A program made the position numbers and the translations under genes. A DNA stretch of 64,000 nt from Dimorphilus gyrociliatus (lineage: Eukaryota; Animalia; Annelida), in NCBI GenBank assembly GCA_904063045.1, contig CAJFCJ010000007.1, positions 306,819-370,818 on the forward strand. The letters are read 5' to 3'. A model generated the notes under the pieces. The model saw only the letters and a list, made by a program, of their open reading frames with translations, ran no database searches and was not told the origin of the DNA. Below are positions 12,501 to 27,093 of the stretch, in pieces; within the stretch, counting starts at the first letter, position 1, and the number at the start of each line of letters is the position of its first letter.

Positions 12501-14105
12501 AAATCGTTTATTAACAAGACAAAATTGTAAACTTGAAGAAGAAAATAATTCTTTCAGAAATAATATTGAAAAGCATGAAGATTTGAAAGAAGAGCTTTGT
12601 TTACTTATGGAGAAGAAAATTGAACTAGATAATAATTTGACAGATTTTATGAGAAGTAGGGAAAAGGTGGATGCGAAGAACAGTCACTTAACTGCCGAAC
12701 TTCAAAGTGATATATCGGATTTGCATAATTGTGTCTATCACGCTTCCACGGAAGTGAGGGATTTTATTTCTAGAGGTGGAACACTTTCAATGAATTTAAA
12801 TGAAGGATCTGGGGAACTTGAAGATTTAAGAAAATCAAACAATCAATTAGAACAAGTAAGAGTGTATTGTAACACTTATTTTCTCTCTTTTTCTTAACTT
12901 AAAGCGTTATAGGTTATCGCTGAAATGAGCGGGAGTATACATCAGATGGCTGAAGAGATCAATAGATATAAGAATGACAAATCAGAACTGGAAAAAAGCC
13001 ATAATGAATTGTTAAAGAAAATAGAGCATCTGGAAGAAAATAATAACAGTCTTCTAGTCAAGTTGACAAATGAAGAAGATAATAAAAGGAAAGAAAAAAA
13101 CTATATTGAAAAAATTGAACATGAATTAAATACAATCAAAAGGGAAAAATCAAATATTTATCGACAATTACAACATGCTCAAGAATTGTCCTCAACAAAG
13201 GGGGAAGAATTGCTCGAGTTGAGAAAAACTCACGATAAGATAAAAGATGACCTAAAAGATTATCAGGAACAGATTGAAAAGGCAAAATCTGAAATTAGTA
13301 ATAAAGAAGAAGAATTTTCATTATTAAAGAGTAGCTTTAAAGAAATTGAAAAAGAACATAAATTTTTAAAAATTAGAGCTAATGAAGATTGTAACATAAA
13401 AAAAAAGCTGAATGAACTCTTGAACGACAGGCAAAAGGAAATCGATCAATTAGTCAGTAATAAATTGAATATAGAATTTAAATTAATAGATATTGAAGGT
13501 CAAAATGAAATTTTGACTAGAAAAGTTAAACAATTCATGAGTGACGATAAACGATTTAATAAGGTATGTTCAGATTTTTTTTTAACTATTAATCAATTTA
13601 TTTTTATCTTCTTGTTTCTATTCTTTCAACTAAAGTTGAACAACAAGAACGTGACTCAGAAGATATCTTGTTGTACATTTCACGAAGCAGACAATTTGAA
13701 TTTCACAGAAGCAATGAAAGGCAATGATCAGATTCCTATAAGGTTCGCAGTATGAATATTTAGTTATTTAATTATCGTTTGACATCTTGAAAAGAATTAG
13801 GTCATATAGTATAGTAATTCAATTAATTTAAATGTTACAGTGAAGCTTCTGAGAACTTTAAGTTAAAAGAGGAAGTCAACGATCTTAAGGAGGGCGAGGA
13901 CATACTAAATCCGATAAATAACGATGTAATTGTTAACAGTAAAGGTTGTCTGAAGGTTGAGAGTGAAAAGGAAGAACGACTTATGGCTTCTACATCCTGT
14001 GATGATATTAACACAAAAAGTAAAGACGTTGAAGATGGTTTTTCAATAACAGTAGCAGGGAGAAAATTGAGCGAAATTTCTCAGAAAGCCCTTAGATCTT
14101 TTTAA
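9507..14105 (+). CDS. Long coiled-coil protein of unknown family, ~1012 aa, 10 exons
   Basis: join(9507..9633,9720..10180,10285..10422,11070..11294,11351..11479,11569..11669,12021..12855,12913..13563,13636..13742,13841..14105), 3039 nt, all phases compatible. E/K/L/N-rich heptad sequence with no recognisable family motif. The first exon is the least certain. Confidence 0.72.
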
Positions 14106-15976
14106 ATACATTATAAGAAATCTTAGAAGGACTTTATAATAATAATAATAATAATGTAAGTAATAAAAATATTATAATATCGATTGACTTTTAATCATTT
14201 TAGTTTAATTGACAAGATAGGAAAGGAGATCAGGATCATTGAAAGTATATGATAATATATACATTATACTGTATGAAAAGATATATCTCTCTACTCTTGT
14301 ACTATAATAAAAAAAAAACTGTAAAGAGGAGAAAAAATGACTATCTTTTTTTACTGTCAAAAGCATCCAACATTTAGTGCATGTTCACATGCTCTAGTTG
14401 CGGTCAAAATTGCTGTGACAGGTGTCGCATTAATTACGAGGCGTAACCTTTTCTATAGGTACAATTTCTATATAATTTTTCAAACTCTATAATAATTATA
14501 ATTCTAAGACAGTTAGTTATATTTAGAATCGTTAAAGAGAAATAATAAATCTATATTTAAAATAAAGTTAATTTTTTAAACAAATAAAAAATGAAGATTC
14601 AAATTATATCTTCATTTTCAAATGACAAAAATTATTTATATTAAAATATGCAAACACACCTCATTCACTCTTTTTATCTTACTAAAAAAAATGAGAGGAT
14701 ATATTTAGATATTTTAATATTTAGATTATGTATTTTTAAATTAAGTAAGTAATTATTAACTACCTGTAATTTTTTAAACGCAGTTATTATTCTACATTTA
14801 TACAGATAAAGAGAAGATTCTCTTCTTAATTATATTACTTTTAATTTTTCTTTTTCTTTTCTTTTTTTTTTTACTTCCAAAAAGAATTTAAGAAAAAGGA
14901 AGAAAAACAAATTAATCAAAAATATGAGATGATATTAAAAAATATATTATATCTATTCTTTCACTTTTATGAAAACTGAAAGAGAACAGTCTCTTTCTTT
15001 CTTTTCCCTCATTTTTAATACAATTCTTGATTAAATAGTTTAAAATTTTCAATAAGTTTTTTTATGTGGTAAAACTTTTCCTATTGAATTTTAACAAATG
15101 AAACAGGACACAATAGAGATTAAGTTGAAACTATATGACGTACATATGGCAGCATATCTTATTAATTAGGGCTAATTAATTAAAACCATATAAATTAGGC
15201 AAAGTTTCAAAAAAAAGAAAAGAAAAGACGTGAATAGAAACTATGAAAAAGTAAATTGTAGAAAATAGAAAGTCTTATTGAGAGATTGAATTTATTAATT
15301 GCAGTATTCGTTCTCCATACAAGCGATATGTTTTAAATGATTAGCTGTGAAAAAATAAAATTGTGCATAGTTTTATTTTCTTAATTCTTATTTACAGATT
15401 TTATATGGAATTCTGTAAAATATGCACTTTTCATTTCGTTAGTAACATAGTTTTTAATAGAAATGAACATTTCGAATTAAGATAGTGTATAGATAGTACA
15501 TCTCTTCTATTATTTACATAGATAACACATATAATATTGACATATTTTGTCTAATAATGAAAGTGTGTGATTTTGTATAGGTAAAGAAAAGTAGGAAGAT
15601 TATTATACAAGTAAAACTAATAAGTATAGCAATTATGTGTTATCTACTAGAAAAGAATAAAAACAAGACTGTGTGGTTAGAAACGTAGGAACATTTCTAA
15701 TGGTAATCGGTTTTCTAGACAAAGTTTCAACTTTCAATCGATAAATCAGAATTGTCAGAAAATCCTTATTTACATGAAAAAATTTCGTAAATTGTCTTTT
15801 TTTTTCTCTCATGTTTTTATGGCTTTAATAAAAAAAATATTTCATTTTTTTACCTGCTTTTTTCTATTAGATAAATGATAAATTTGGATGAAAGCATATA
15901 GTTGTATTGCTTGTACGTTATTTCTTTTAATTATTCACTCCCACACACTTTCCAGCAATTTCTTCTTCTTTTTCTT

Positions 15977-16067
15977 TCTCTCTCTCTCTCTCGCTCTCTC
16001 TCTCTAACTCACTCTCTCACTCTCTCACTCTCTCACTCTCTCACTCACTCACTCACTCTCTCACTCT
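15977..16067. repeat. (CT)n/(CTCA)n compound microsatellite
   Basis: Directly visible pyrimidine-rich tandem repeat. Confidence 0.9.
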
Positions 16068-18403
16068 ACATCTTTATATCTATCTCTAGCTCTTTCTCAC
16101 TCCTACTTAGACAATCTCTCCTTTTCTCTCACGCACCCTTTTGCTCTCATTTGTCATTGTTTTTTTCTTTCCTTAAACATGCCACGTGATAGAACACACC
16201 TTGAAGTCTAGGTGATCAAATATCAACTTTTTAAATGTTAAAACTTTTATTGTGCAGACAAAAAAGATTATATAAATGTTGGTGAAAAGAAGAGAAAAGA
16301 AATAATAACATATCGTAGAAAAGGGAATGAAGAGTAAGGGAAAGAGATAGATTGAAAAGATAATATTGATATCTAAAAAAAATTCTTCAAGTATAGAGTA
16401 TAAAAAAATAGAAAAGTGAATTCTATAAAGTTACTTTCAAGGAAGGAAAGAGGAGAGTTGCCCCTCGATTTCTCCATATTCACGAAATTTCTTCCTAAAT
16501 TCTCAATCTAATGAATTAATATTTAGGTTAATACTTTTTTATCACGAAATTGAATAGATACAAGTAGAAATAATAACTGGGCCAATTATAGTTGACATGT
16601 TTGTTTTATCGTGGACAAATTTCAGTTAATGCATTCGCTTTTAGCGAAATGTAGGGCGTTGCTTAGGTCTCTTATGCTTTCTACCTAATACATGTAAACA
16701 GTCGAATGGGAAAGCTACGTCAACCTATCGAATTAGAGGGCTCTTTTTTAATCGATCTACTCACGTTTATTAATAATGAAGTACTGAATGACCGCCTGCC
16801 TGTAAAGCCGTACTATTTCTTCTCTAACACAAGTAGAGAAAGATTCCAATTCATTTGGGATGGTAACACCAAACAATAGCCTAATCGTACATTTGCAGTC
16901 GATTCGTCTCTTGGCATTTAAGATCGTTAATAAATATAAAGAATATACTAAAAACAAACAGTACAACCTATATATGTTCTTCTTTTATGAATAAGTATAC
17001 ATATAATTATTAGTATGTTATATATAGTGTTTATCTGAGAAAAGAAAGTGTTTGAATGTCTTTTTCTTTTGTTTTATTTTGTTTAATTAAGCTACTAATT
17101 TTTTTAAATCAACTAATTATTGGTTTCCTTCCTTTGAAATTAGATAAAAATAAAATTAAAAATGTTGATTAGTTGATTATCATTTAATTTCTCTTTTCTT
17201 ATTTCTCTTTTTTCTGCTTATTGTTTTTCCTTTTTCCTTTTTATTTCTTTTTTTTCTTCCTTTCTTTAAAATTAAGTTCTAACATTACGTTAAAAAGGTA
17301 CTTAAGTCTGTGAAACTTCCGCGTCTTTACTTAACAAAAGACGGCTTAACAAAAAAAGGAATATTTCTATAGAACTCAGGTAAAAACTCTCGAAAGAGCT
17401 GATTGAGTAGGTTATTGACCGCATGACCGCAAAAATCAAATAGTTTACAGTGGTTGTATTATAAAGAATTCTACCTATATCGTTTATCTTTTATGACTGT
17501 GTCTCCTATTAAAAAATTAACGTATAAAAAGGTAGGAAAATATCAAAAATACGCGGAAAAAATTAATTAATATTTCACAATTTAGTAACGGAATAATTCT
17601 ATTTTTAGTCAAATTATGAATAATATATCTGTTAGAATGAGAATATAAGTAAAATGAAAAAACAACAAAATACTATTGGAGAATAAATAACTCATACACC
17701 ATTGTATACTTCATTTTTATTACGTATGTACAGTATATATCTTTTAATATATATTATACTAATCGATAAAATAATAATTTTCTAGTCATGAAATTTAAGG
17801 TTATACTCCATATTCGTTTCAAAATATATGATTTTATATATAATATTGTATAAGACATCAAATACGCACTGTTTTCATATTTGTATATACATACGTATAT
17901 GTATGTATCACTCCTTGATTAATTACAATTAATATTTAACAATAAATCCATAACTCATTCATGATAGTCAGGTGACCTAAAAAAATTTAAAAAAAGAAAT
18001 TAATTTTACCAAAATAAAAATAAATTAAAGATAAAGATAGGTTAAAGGATTATTCTTCTTTTCATAGATCCTTTTACTCATTCTCTTCAAATCTACTTAT
18101 GCAAGCAATAAATTTAAATTAATTAATCTTCCATGAAATATGAAATATTCGTGTTTGAAATATCCTTGAAAAATAAAAAAAAATGATAATAATATTTTAT
18201 CGATTCTCTTTATACTCCAACATCAATTCAACTGCACTACCTAGTTAGATTGAGATTCCTTTTATAAAAAAAAAAGAACGAGTGAATTTAGTACGTTTTT
18301 TCTTTTCTTCGAATCATAAGGCTATGTAATTGTTGAATAGGCCTAGGATCTCTTCAGCATATAAAATGTGAACAAATTTAGCAAATAGGTCATATAAAAA
18401 AAG

Positions 18404-18454
18404 ATATATATATATATATATATATACTAATATATATATATATATATATATATA
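18404..18454. repeat. (TA)n microsatellite, interrupted once
   Basis: Directly visible. Similar tracts lie near 23527-23590, 28815-28840 and 42590-42660. Confidence 0.9.
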
Positions 18455-20578
18455 TTCATTATATAAATATATATTTGCTCAGTTAAAATAGAAAATGCAC
18501 AAATGTAGGTCATATTTATGTATTTAGTAGGAGGAATTTTACTAGACTCACCTTGTTAAGTTATCAGCTAAGTAAGTTGATTTAGATAAGATTCTATGGG
18601 GCCTAAATAGATGGGGGGGAGGGGAAAAAGAAGACAAACAGAGATAGAGAAATATAAGTATGACGGGAGCTAGATATAAAGAAGAAAGTGTTGGTGATGT
18701 AATGTATTCAAATTACTTCCTGTAAGTTTTTGGTCATTGATTTTTTTGTTCCATTAAATATATTACTATTAAACTAAGTAATATAAATAATTAAAATATC
18801 CTATTACAAGCCAATAAAAACTGCTTATTCAAATTAGCTATGTGCTCTATTACATTTCAAGCTTTTGTCTTAAGAACATTTCCACTAGGTATCTCAATAG
18901 ATATACTAAAAAAGAGATGATAACGTTTAATAAAAAAATTATAAGATCGGTTGATTATAATCTTTAAATCAAAAATTATCAGATTCAATCGATAGTATTT
19001 AGTAGTATTGGCTACAGGATTCTAGAACTACCTATTCGGTTATTTAGCTCAAGGTCTTTAGCAGTTGTTCAAATGTTATCAAAACAATTTGTCATAATTA
19101 ATACTAATAAGGTGGCAGGTTGTTCCAATTTAAGTGTAAATGTGATTGAATAATTACGTTTGAGTAAATTTTTATTTTTCTTCTATATTTCTTATTCAAG
19201 CTATTTATAGTTTTTTTCTCTCTCTCTTCTCTCTTCGTCTTCTTTTCATATTCTTTTTATTCAAAAGCAAACTTTAAAAAATTTAATAATGAAACTTTGT
19301 AATCTATCTTAGAAAATAATTCATAATAGAATAATAGAAAAACATGATCAAATGAATTACGTCAGAAGGAGGAAATAGAAGCATTCTGCGTTATAGAAAA
19401 ATAAATAGTTTCAAGTTGCAAATAAATGTAAAAAAACAAACGTTGATTTATCCATTTTTGCTAACTTTGCCTTTTCTTTATTCTCTTGTACATCATTAAA
19501 ATTAATTACTTGGAAGTAACTCTACTGTTCGATTTATTTTATTTAGCAAACAGGTATAATTATTCACTGTTTTCATGTAAGAAAAAGGATAATTAAGATA
19601 TAAAAACTGTATATTGCATCATCTACCTCAACTATCATACAATCTTACAGAATGGAGACAGTTTAATCTATTTATCGAACAATACTGATAGTCTATTCTT
19701 GTACGCTATGAACCTAATACGCAAGTATTAAGAGTTGACCTATTCAGGACATAATATCGCATAGTAGTAGAGATTTACACTCCAAAAATAAAAATCTTAA
19801 TGGTATAAATGAAATGCTAAATACCCTAATAGAGTATAATATATAGAAAAACTATTAATTGTACTATATTTCTACGTAACGTACTATGCTGTATATACAG
19901 TATATATATATACTTATATAAATATATATAGTGAAAGTTTTAAATATAGATCTATATTTATAAGTAAGATGTTTATAATTAAACACAAACAAAAAAAACT
20001 GTAAAACATCATTTAATAAACAAAATGAGCTACCAACAAAAACTCCTATAATAAAGGAAAGTTATGAAAAAGAACTGTACTGTACAGTATATAGTATATA
20101 TATAAATACTATATGTATACACATTAAAAAGATATTTGGTTATGTATAAGAAAAAATAGAAACTCGAATTATTTTTTTCGAAAATTTTTTATGAATTAGA
20201 AAAAAGAAAACATTTTTTGTAAATAGAAATAGACAAGAACCATTTATTACACAAACGTGGATATATTTTTTGTTACTTTTCACCGCAACAATATCTATAC
20301 ATTGAATATAATGTTCAGACGTATGCAATGCTGACAACACGGTCGTGCCTATGTCCCCGTTTCGTATCTGTGTAGTAGAAACAGCGTAAAAATGCAGTCA
20401 CTGCGCGTTGCGCAAAACAAGCTTTCAACTTTATAAACGTTATACGAGTAGTAATTGATATTTACAAGCGTAATACATAAAAAGACAAGCACATTTCTTA
20501 ACAAAAGAGACGAACTAGACAGCAGACGAAGGGAATGTTATGTTTTTTTGAAAAAAGAATAGGTTTAGGTTTCTGGGT

Positions 20579-22310
<1,732 letters not shown>

Positions 22311-22711
22311 ATTACGCAATTGAAATCTGTAAGGGAAGAAGCACGACAATAATCTATATATTCCATTCAACCTGTAACTTATTGACGTCATTTATAGACG
22401 GCGCGCTAAAAAAAGCAGCGTCGCCCACGTACGCAACTTGCGTACGTGCAGCTCGAGGCATGTATATGACGTCATTGGCGTTTTGCGTCGTCGTCTTTTT
22501 CTCGGTAATTAACCGCTTGACGTCGACCTGTAATTCTTATCAATCATTCGATAAGACATTTTGACATAGTTCATATTTCCTGTACGAAATGACTATGAAT
22601 AGTCAAACGGTTTTTTTTCTCTTACTATTACTCTCAACCTACTGACAATCATATGGAATTCGATAGGAATACATTTTCGGATAACACACGAATGTGACGT
22701 CATGGTCAGTC

Positions 22712-22725
22712 GTTTCCATGACAAC
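22712..22725 (+). promoter_or_regulatory. RFX X-box GTTTCCATGACAAC
   Basis: Matches the RFX imperfect-palindrome consensus; lies 9 bp from the CRE at 22695-22702. Confidence 0.55.
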
Positions 22726-23263
22726 GTTCGGGCTAGGACGGTTTAACGAAAAACAACGGTAATGATCTTTTTATACGACGTCAAACTATAGGCCATTAAT
22801 CCTAGAGCAATTACTAAGAATCAGCTTTTGCAATTTTAAAAAGAATAAAACAGAGAGCAGGACTGCAAACTTCCCTTCACCGTAACGCGATACTCGTATA
22901 GCCGCCAAAGTGCCAAACGGTACGTAGCCGAATATAGCCGAGTTGGGTATCCCCTACTCTATAAAAATCCGCTATACAGCTGACGATTTTTCGATTTTAC
23001 GTTTTCTTTTGGCACCTAGACGTCAAACACACTTCGATTTCTCGATCGACAATACATAATTTAACAACGAGATTGAAATGTTAGCAAGCGCATAAAATAA
23101 AGTAATCAACTTCACCAACCTTTACTCTCATAAACCAAGCTATTTCAAAATCAAGGAAAATTTCTTTTATTATACAATTTTTCTCTAACCAGAAAAAAAT
23201 ACTATCCGAATTGACGATAGACGTGCATCAACTGAATTTCGACCAGTATGTCAAATAGCCATG

Positions 23264-23277
23264 CCAGCAGATGGCGC
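23264..23277 (+). promoter_or_regulatory. CTCF motif CCAGCAGATGGCGC
   Basis: Essentially consensus CTCF core in the MEF2 upstream region. Confidence 0.7.
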
Positions 23278-25229
23278 TGACAAGATCAACTCTCATTGGT
23301 TGTACTGATCACGTGACACCGTATAATATTCTAGCAAAAAAAAACTGTTTTCTACGCAAACTTGTATTATATAGTGGAAAACAGCAAAGGGGGAGCAAAG
23401 GGTATTATTATAAATTAGCAGAGCTATGCACAAATAACTGGCACGCAATTTAAATTTTAATAAGGTTAATACATAATCATTTTAAAGTATTACATAAAGC
23501 CGAATACACCGAGACATAACATACAAATATATATATATATACCTAATAGTATATATATATATATTCATATGTATATATATATATAAATGATATAAATATA
23601 GAAATCTTTAACTATAAATATACTTATATAAGATATTTTTAAATGTATACATATATTTTAGATTACTGATGTATTAGTTGTAATAGAACATGTAAATGTG
23701 TAGATATGCTACAGACAAAATACAATGCACATCGGCTAGTAAAATAGACTAACAAAAAGAATTTCATCTATCGAATATCGGTTTTTCATCGATCAATCAA
23801 TCAAGTTAAGTTAAAGACAACATTTTTGAGAGTTTTTTTTACGGCATCTTAAAAACTAAGCCTCGTTTTCAGTTAAAGATACGTTTAGATAGTTAGATAA
23901 AGACAGAACACACACACACATACACATACTGTACATGTACAGTCTATATGCATGCGTGCATACAGATAGCTTCTCTACATTTATATACGTATGTAGTACA
24001 GTTCTTGTAAATGAACTCATTAATACTTAATATCGTCTTATTGTTCCTGGTGGCTTAGAATTGATAGAGAGTATAGGATGGTGAAAATAACAAAATAATA
24101 TGATACAAGAGAACCAGAGGAGATGAAGAGATTTTAAAAAAATAGTATGAAAACTTGGCGCCATAAGACACCTGGCAAGAGTAAAGCGCAGTTCCCACAC
24201 AATCGTTATTCAACCGGTTACGTAATCTGTGAACAGTAGTGCGCACATCTTGAGCGTTGAAATTGCCGGCGGCAAACGCTGTTACGTTTCAAATTCGATT
24301 AGAACGTTCCTTCATCGTTTCCCCTTCGCATTCCACAGAAAAAAAATCACGCAACAAATAACATACAACATCTGCTTGAACGGTACATCCACTCTCGCAC
24401 CATACGGTGTCGACAGCAGGACGTCGATGTGACGCTTAGTAAACGCTCCGAGTGTACGTAATTAGACGCTGTATAAGAAGATTAAAATAAGACATCAGTC
24501 ACTGACACGGCGTTCAACAGCTCGGAGGCATTTTTTTTTCTTCAAAAACTCATAGTGCGCATAAAGTTCCTTATTATGTAATTAGTAAAGAAACGCCTAA
24601 AAACGCCGACCGGTAACACTGACGTCACTGGCGTTCGATTACATAACATCAATCTTTTGAACGTGTATCGGCGTACCTTCGCTGAAAAAAGCCTTTCCCT
24701 TACCTGAATTTTAACCAACTCAGAAATCGAACCGATACCAATGTGAGAAATGACCGCTGCTAATTATAATCTATCTAAGCCTACGCGTGGAAAGGAAAGC
24801 TGATAAAACGAAAATAAACTGTCAATATTCGCACCTTCGCTTCGTTTGAGGACTAGAAATTTACTACAGTTTTCTATTAATTATACAAATGCGTGTGGAT
24901 CGAAGAGCCGAGGGATTTTGAACGACCAGCAGCACCAGCAGCAAAAAGCTCTCCAATAATAATGTACCTGCATTTTCACAACGAAATCTGGGCTTTAAAC
25001 ATTTTTTCTAATTAAATGCACGCTATACGTAAGCGGAATCGTGTTATGTAATTTTTGATGCGTTTGTCCTCCGGCAATCTTCCTTCCGTTAGAAAATTAC
25101 ATTTTCAGAACGTTGTCAAAAAACAATGACAAATCCAACCCAATTGACCATGAGAAAAGATTAGCATAACGCCCAAGACGCGTATTAGGCGTCAACAAAC
25201 CGTCTAATCCCTGCCTAACAGAATTAGGG

Positions 25230-25262
25230 CCTATAGGTGGCGCTTCTATTGGCGCCATCTGT
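25230..25262. promoter_or_regulatory. Pair of oppositely oriented CTCF-like cores
   Basis: CCTATAGGTGGCGCT on + (25230-25244) and ACAGATGGCGCC on - (25262-25251). Confidence 0.45.
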
Positions 25263-27093
25263 TTTGAATTAAAAAATTTTCCTAAATCAACTTGGACTTT
25301 TCATAGATTTTTTTTGTCTGCGTCCAACTTTTACTGGGAAAAGCAAGTTTTATCGTAGACGCCCAGTAACTCTGACGTCATACAGTCGAGCTTTTGCACC
25401 CAGCAACGCTAGTCCATAGCAACGCGTACGTCATCAAATCTTGTCAAGGACATACTCCTATCGATTCTACCTAGTATAGGCCATTTTTTCTGCTGGCCAG
25501 ACACAATCGTTTTTCAATGGAAAATATATACAAAATGCGTAAGAAATTAATACATACGTAGAAAGCAGATTTTTTAAAACATAGGCCAATTGACAAACGA
25601 GGTTGTCTAACTGTAGTTTCCGATTACTCTAAGAATTATACAATTCTAATACCGTTATTTAACAGAACAAACTTAACATAGAAAAGCGACTGAAACATCA
25701 AGTGAATATATCTAAACGAAAACGAAGTAAACGGGCAAGCCTAGTTGGAAATGCTCGGCTGCACATCGCCAATTGTTGGCATTATTCAACATAACATTAG
25801 ATTGACAGTCGTTAATTGTGATCGTATACAGAAATTCATAGAACATACATGATGAAACGCATATAGCGCGCGAGACAAAAATAAACTTACTAGGTTCTAT
25901 ATATAAGCGAGTTTTCCTCCTCTAAAAATAGCGAATAATTTCCACTGATCGGCACTACTTTTTGAGCCTGAAATATGGCGTACAGTCATGTATTATTGCG
26001 CCACCCACTGTTACTTTATTCATCATTCGATTAGTTTTTAAAGTATTATGATTCTTTTTTTAATATTTAATTATATATTTTATTTAGGGAATATTTTTAT
26101 ATAAATTTCTTAAAGACGAAAATAGTTGAATCGTGATAAGAACTATATTTCTTTAGGGCAATGCCGAAACATCGTTACGTCATTCGATACTGAATGAATA
26201 CAACCATGTTGCCATCTACACGCACGCGCGCATATCCTTCAAATCGTAGATTGGAATGTAGAAATTCCAAGGTTAAATGCGAGACTATTAGAATAATAAT
26301 TCAATTTTTATTTAAAAAAAAAAATCGCTTACTTCCGGAAAAGTAAAGTTTCAGGACCGTATTCGAATGAGAGGAATTTGAAAGTTTTCAACATAAAAAA
26401 CTGGTTAAACAAGCAAAGCTCGTTATTAACTTACCAAGGACCTGAGGAGCCGAAATATAAACAATTCTTAGTAGAAGACTTCAAGTTTTCTGTAGGACTA
26501 AAATGGTAAAACGTGGATCAACAGTAATGCCATCTATTGGTCTATTTCGAAACAACTCAAGGAAGGATATGCCCAATGCGTTCTTGAGTACATGACTCTA
26601 AGCATTCAGAATAAAGATAGAAGAGCGTACAAACATTCACTAATTAATCTCTTGTTAGACGTCTCTAGCATTACATGTTCAATACGGATTAAGTTTGTTA
26701 AATTAATCCTATTAGCGGCCTTAAACCTTAACTTATGCCTTCAATCTGCCACAGATCTAGATAGCTACCATCAACAACTTAAGGACTACATCTACGAATG
26801 ATCTAAACATTAGAAAATAATACAAAACATCTAGGAATGGAATCTTCTGGTTGTTTAGTACTTTGATTTGTTGACAATTAAGATTCTAAAAAGTAACTTA
26901 AATTAATTTGTATTTTCTATTTACGAGAAATGTGATAAACAATTTCCTTTTTTCAAAGAAAAACTGTAAATTTAGTAAAGTGTACAATGAAATGTCAGAG
27001 AAAGTTGTAGCACATTAACACGTTAAAAGAGAAATAAATTAAATGATTTATTCAAAAACAGACTCTCTTTGGAATGCTATGACCATTTTCATA

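Larger units (their letters stand above)
22383..25380. promoter_or_regulatory. Cluster of CRE (TGACGTCA) sites upstream of the MEF2 coding exons
   Basis: Perfect palindromes at 22383, 22467, 22695, 24620 and 25373; 7/8 matches at 22518, 22776 and 23018. The region is visibly more GC/CpG-rich than its flanks. Confidence 0.7.

Noticed and set aside
15902-16189. ORF with SLSLTH repeats (likewise 28323..28535 and 30297..30602)
   Set aside because: Open only because CT/CTCA microsatellites contain no stop codons.
16757-16966. 69-aa minus-strand ORF ending near a GTGAGT donor
   Set aside because: No recognisable homology and no compatible partner exon found; length is within chance. More likely a regulatory island downstream of MEF2.
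2026-19210. MEF2-type CTA(W)4TAG sites at 2026, 9696 and 19201
   Set aside because: About five such sites are expected by chance in 64 kb at this AT content.
22382-24432. Several 60-67-aa ORFs upstream of MEF2
   Set aside because: They lie in a GC-rich, motif-dense regulatory region where stops are rarer, and have no protein features.
25158-25167. AGATTAGCAT resembling part of U6 snRNA
   Set aside because: Only 10 nt match; the ACAGAGA box and the rest of U6 are absent.
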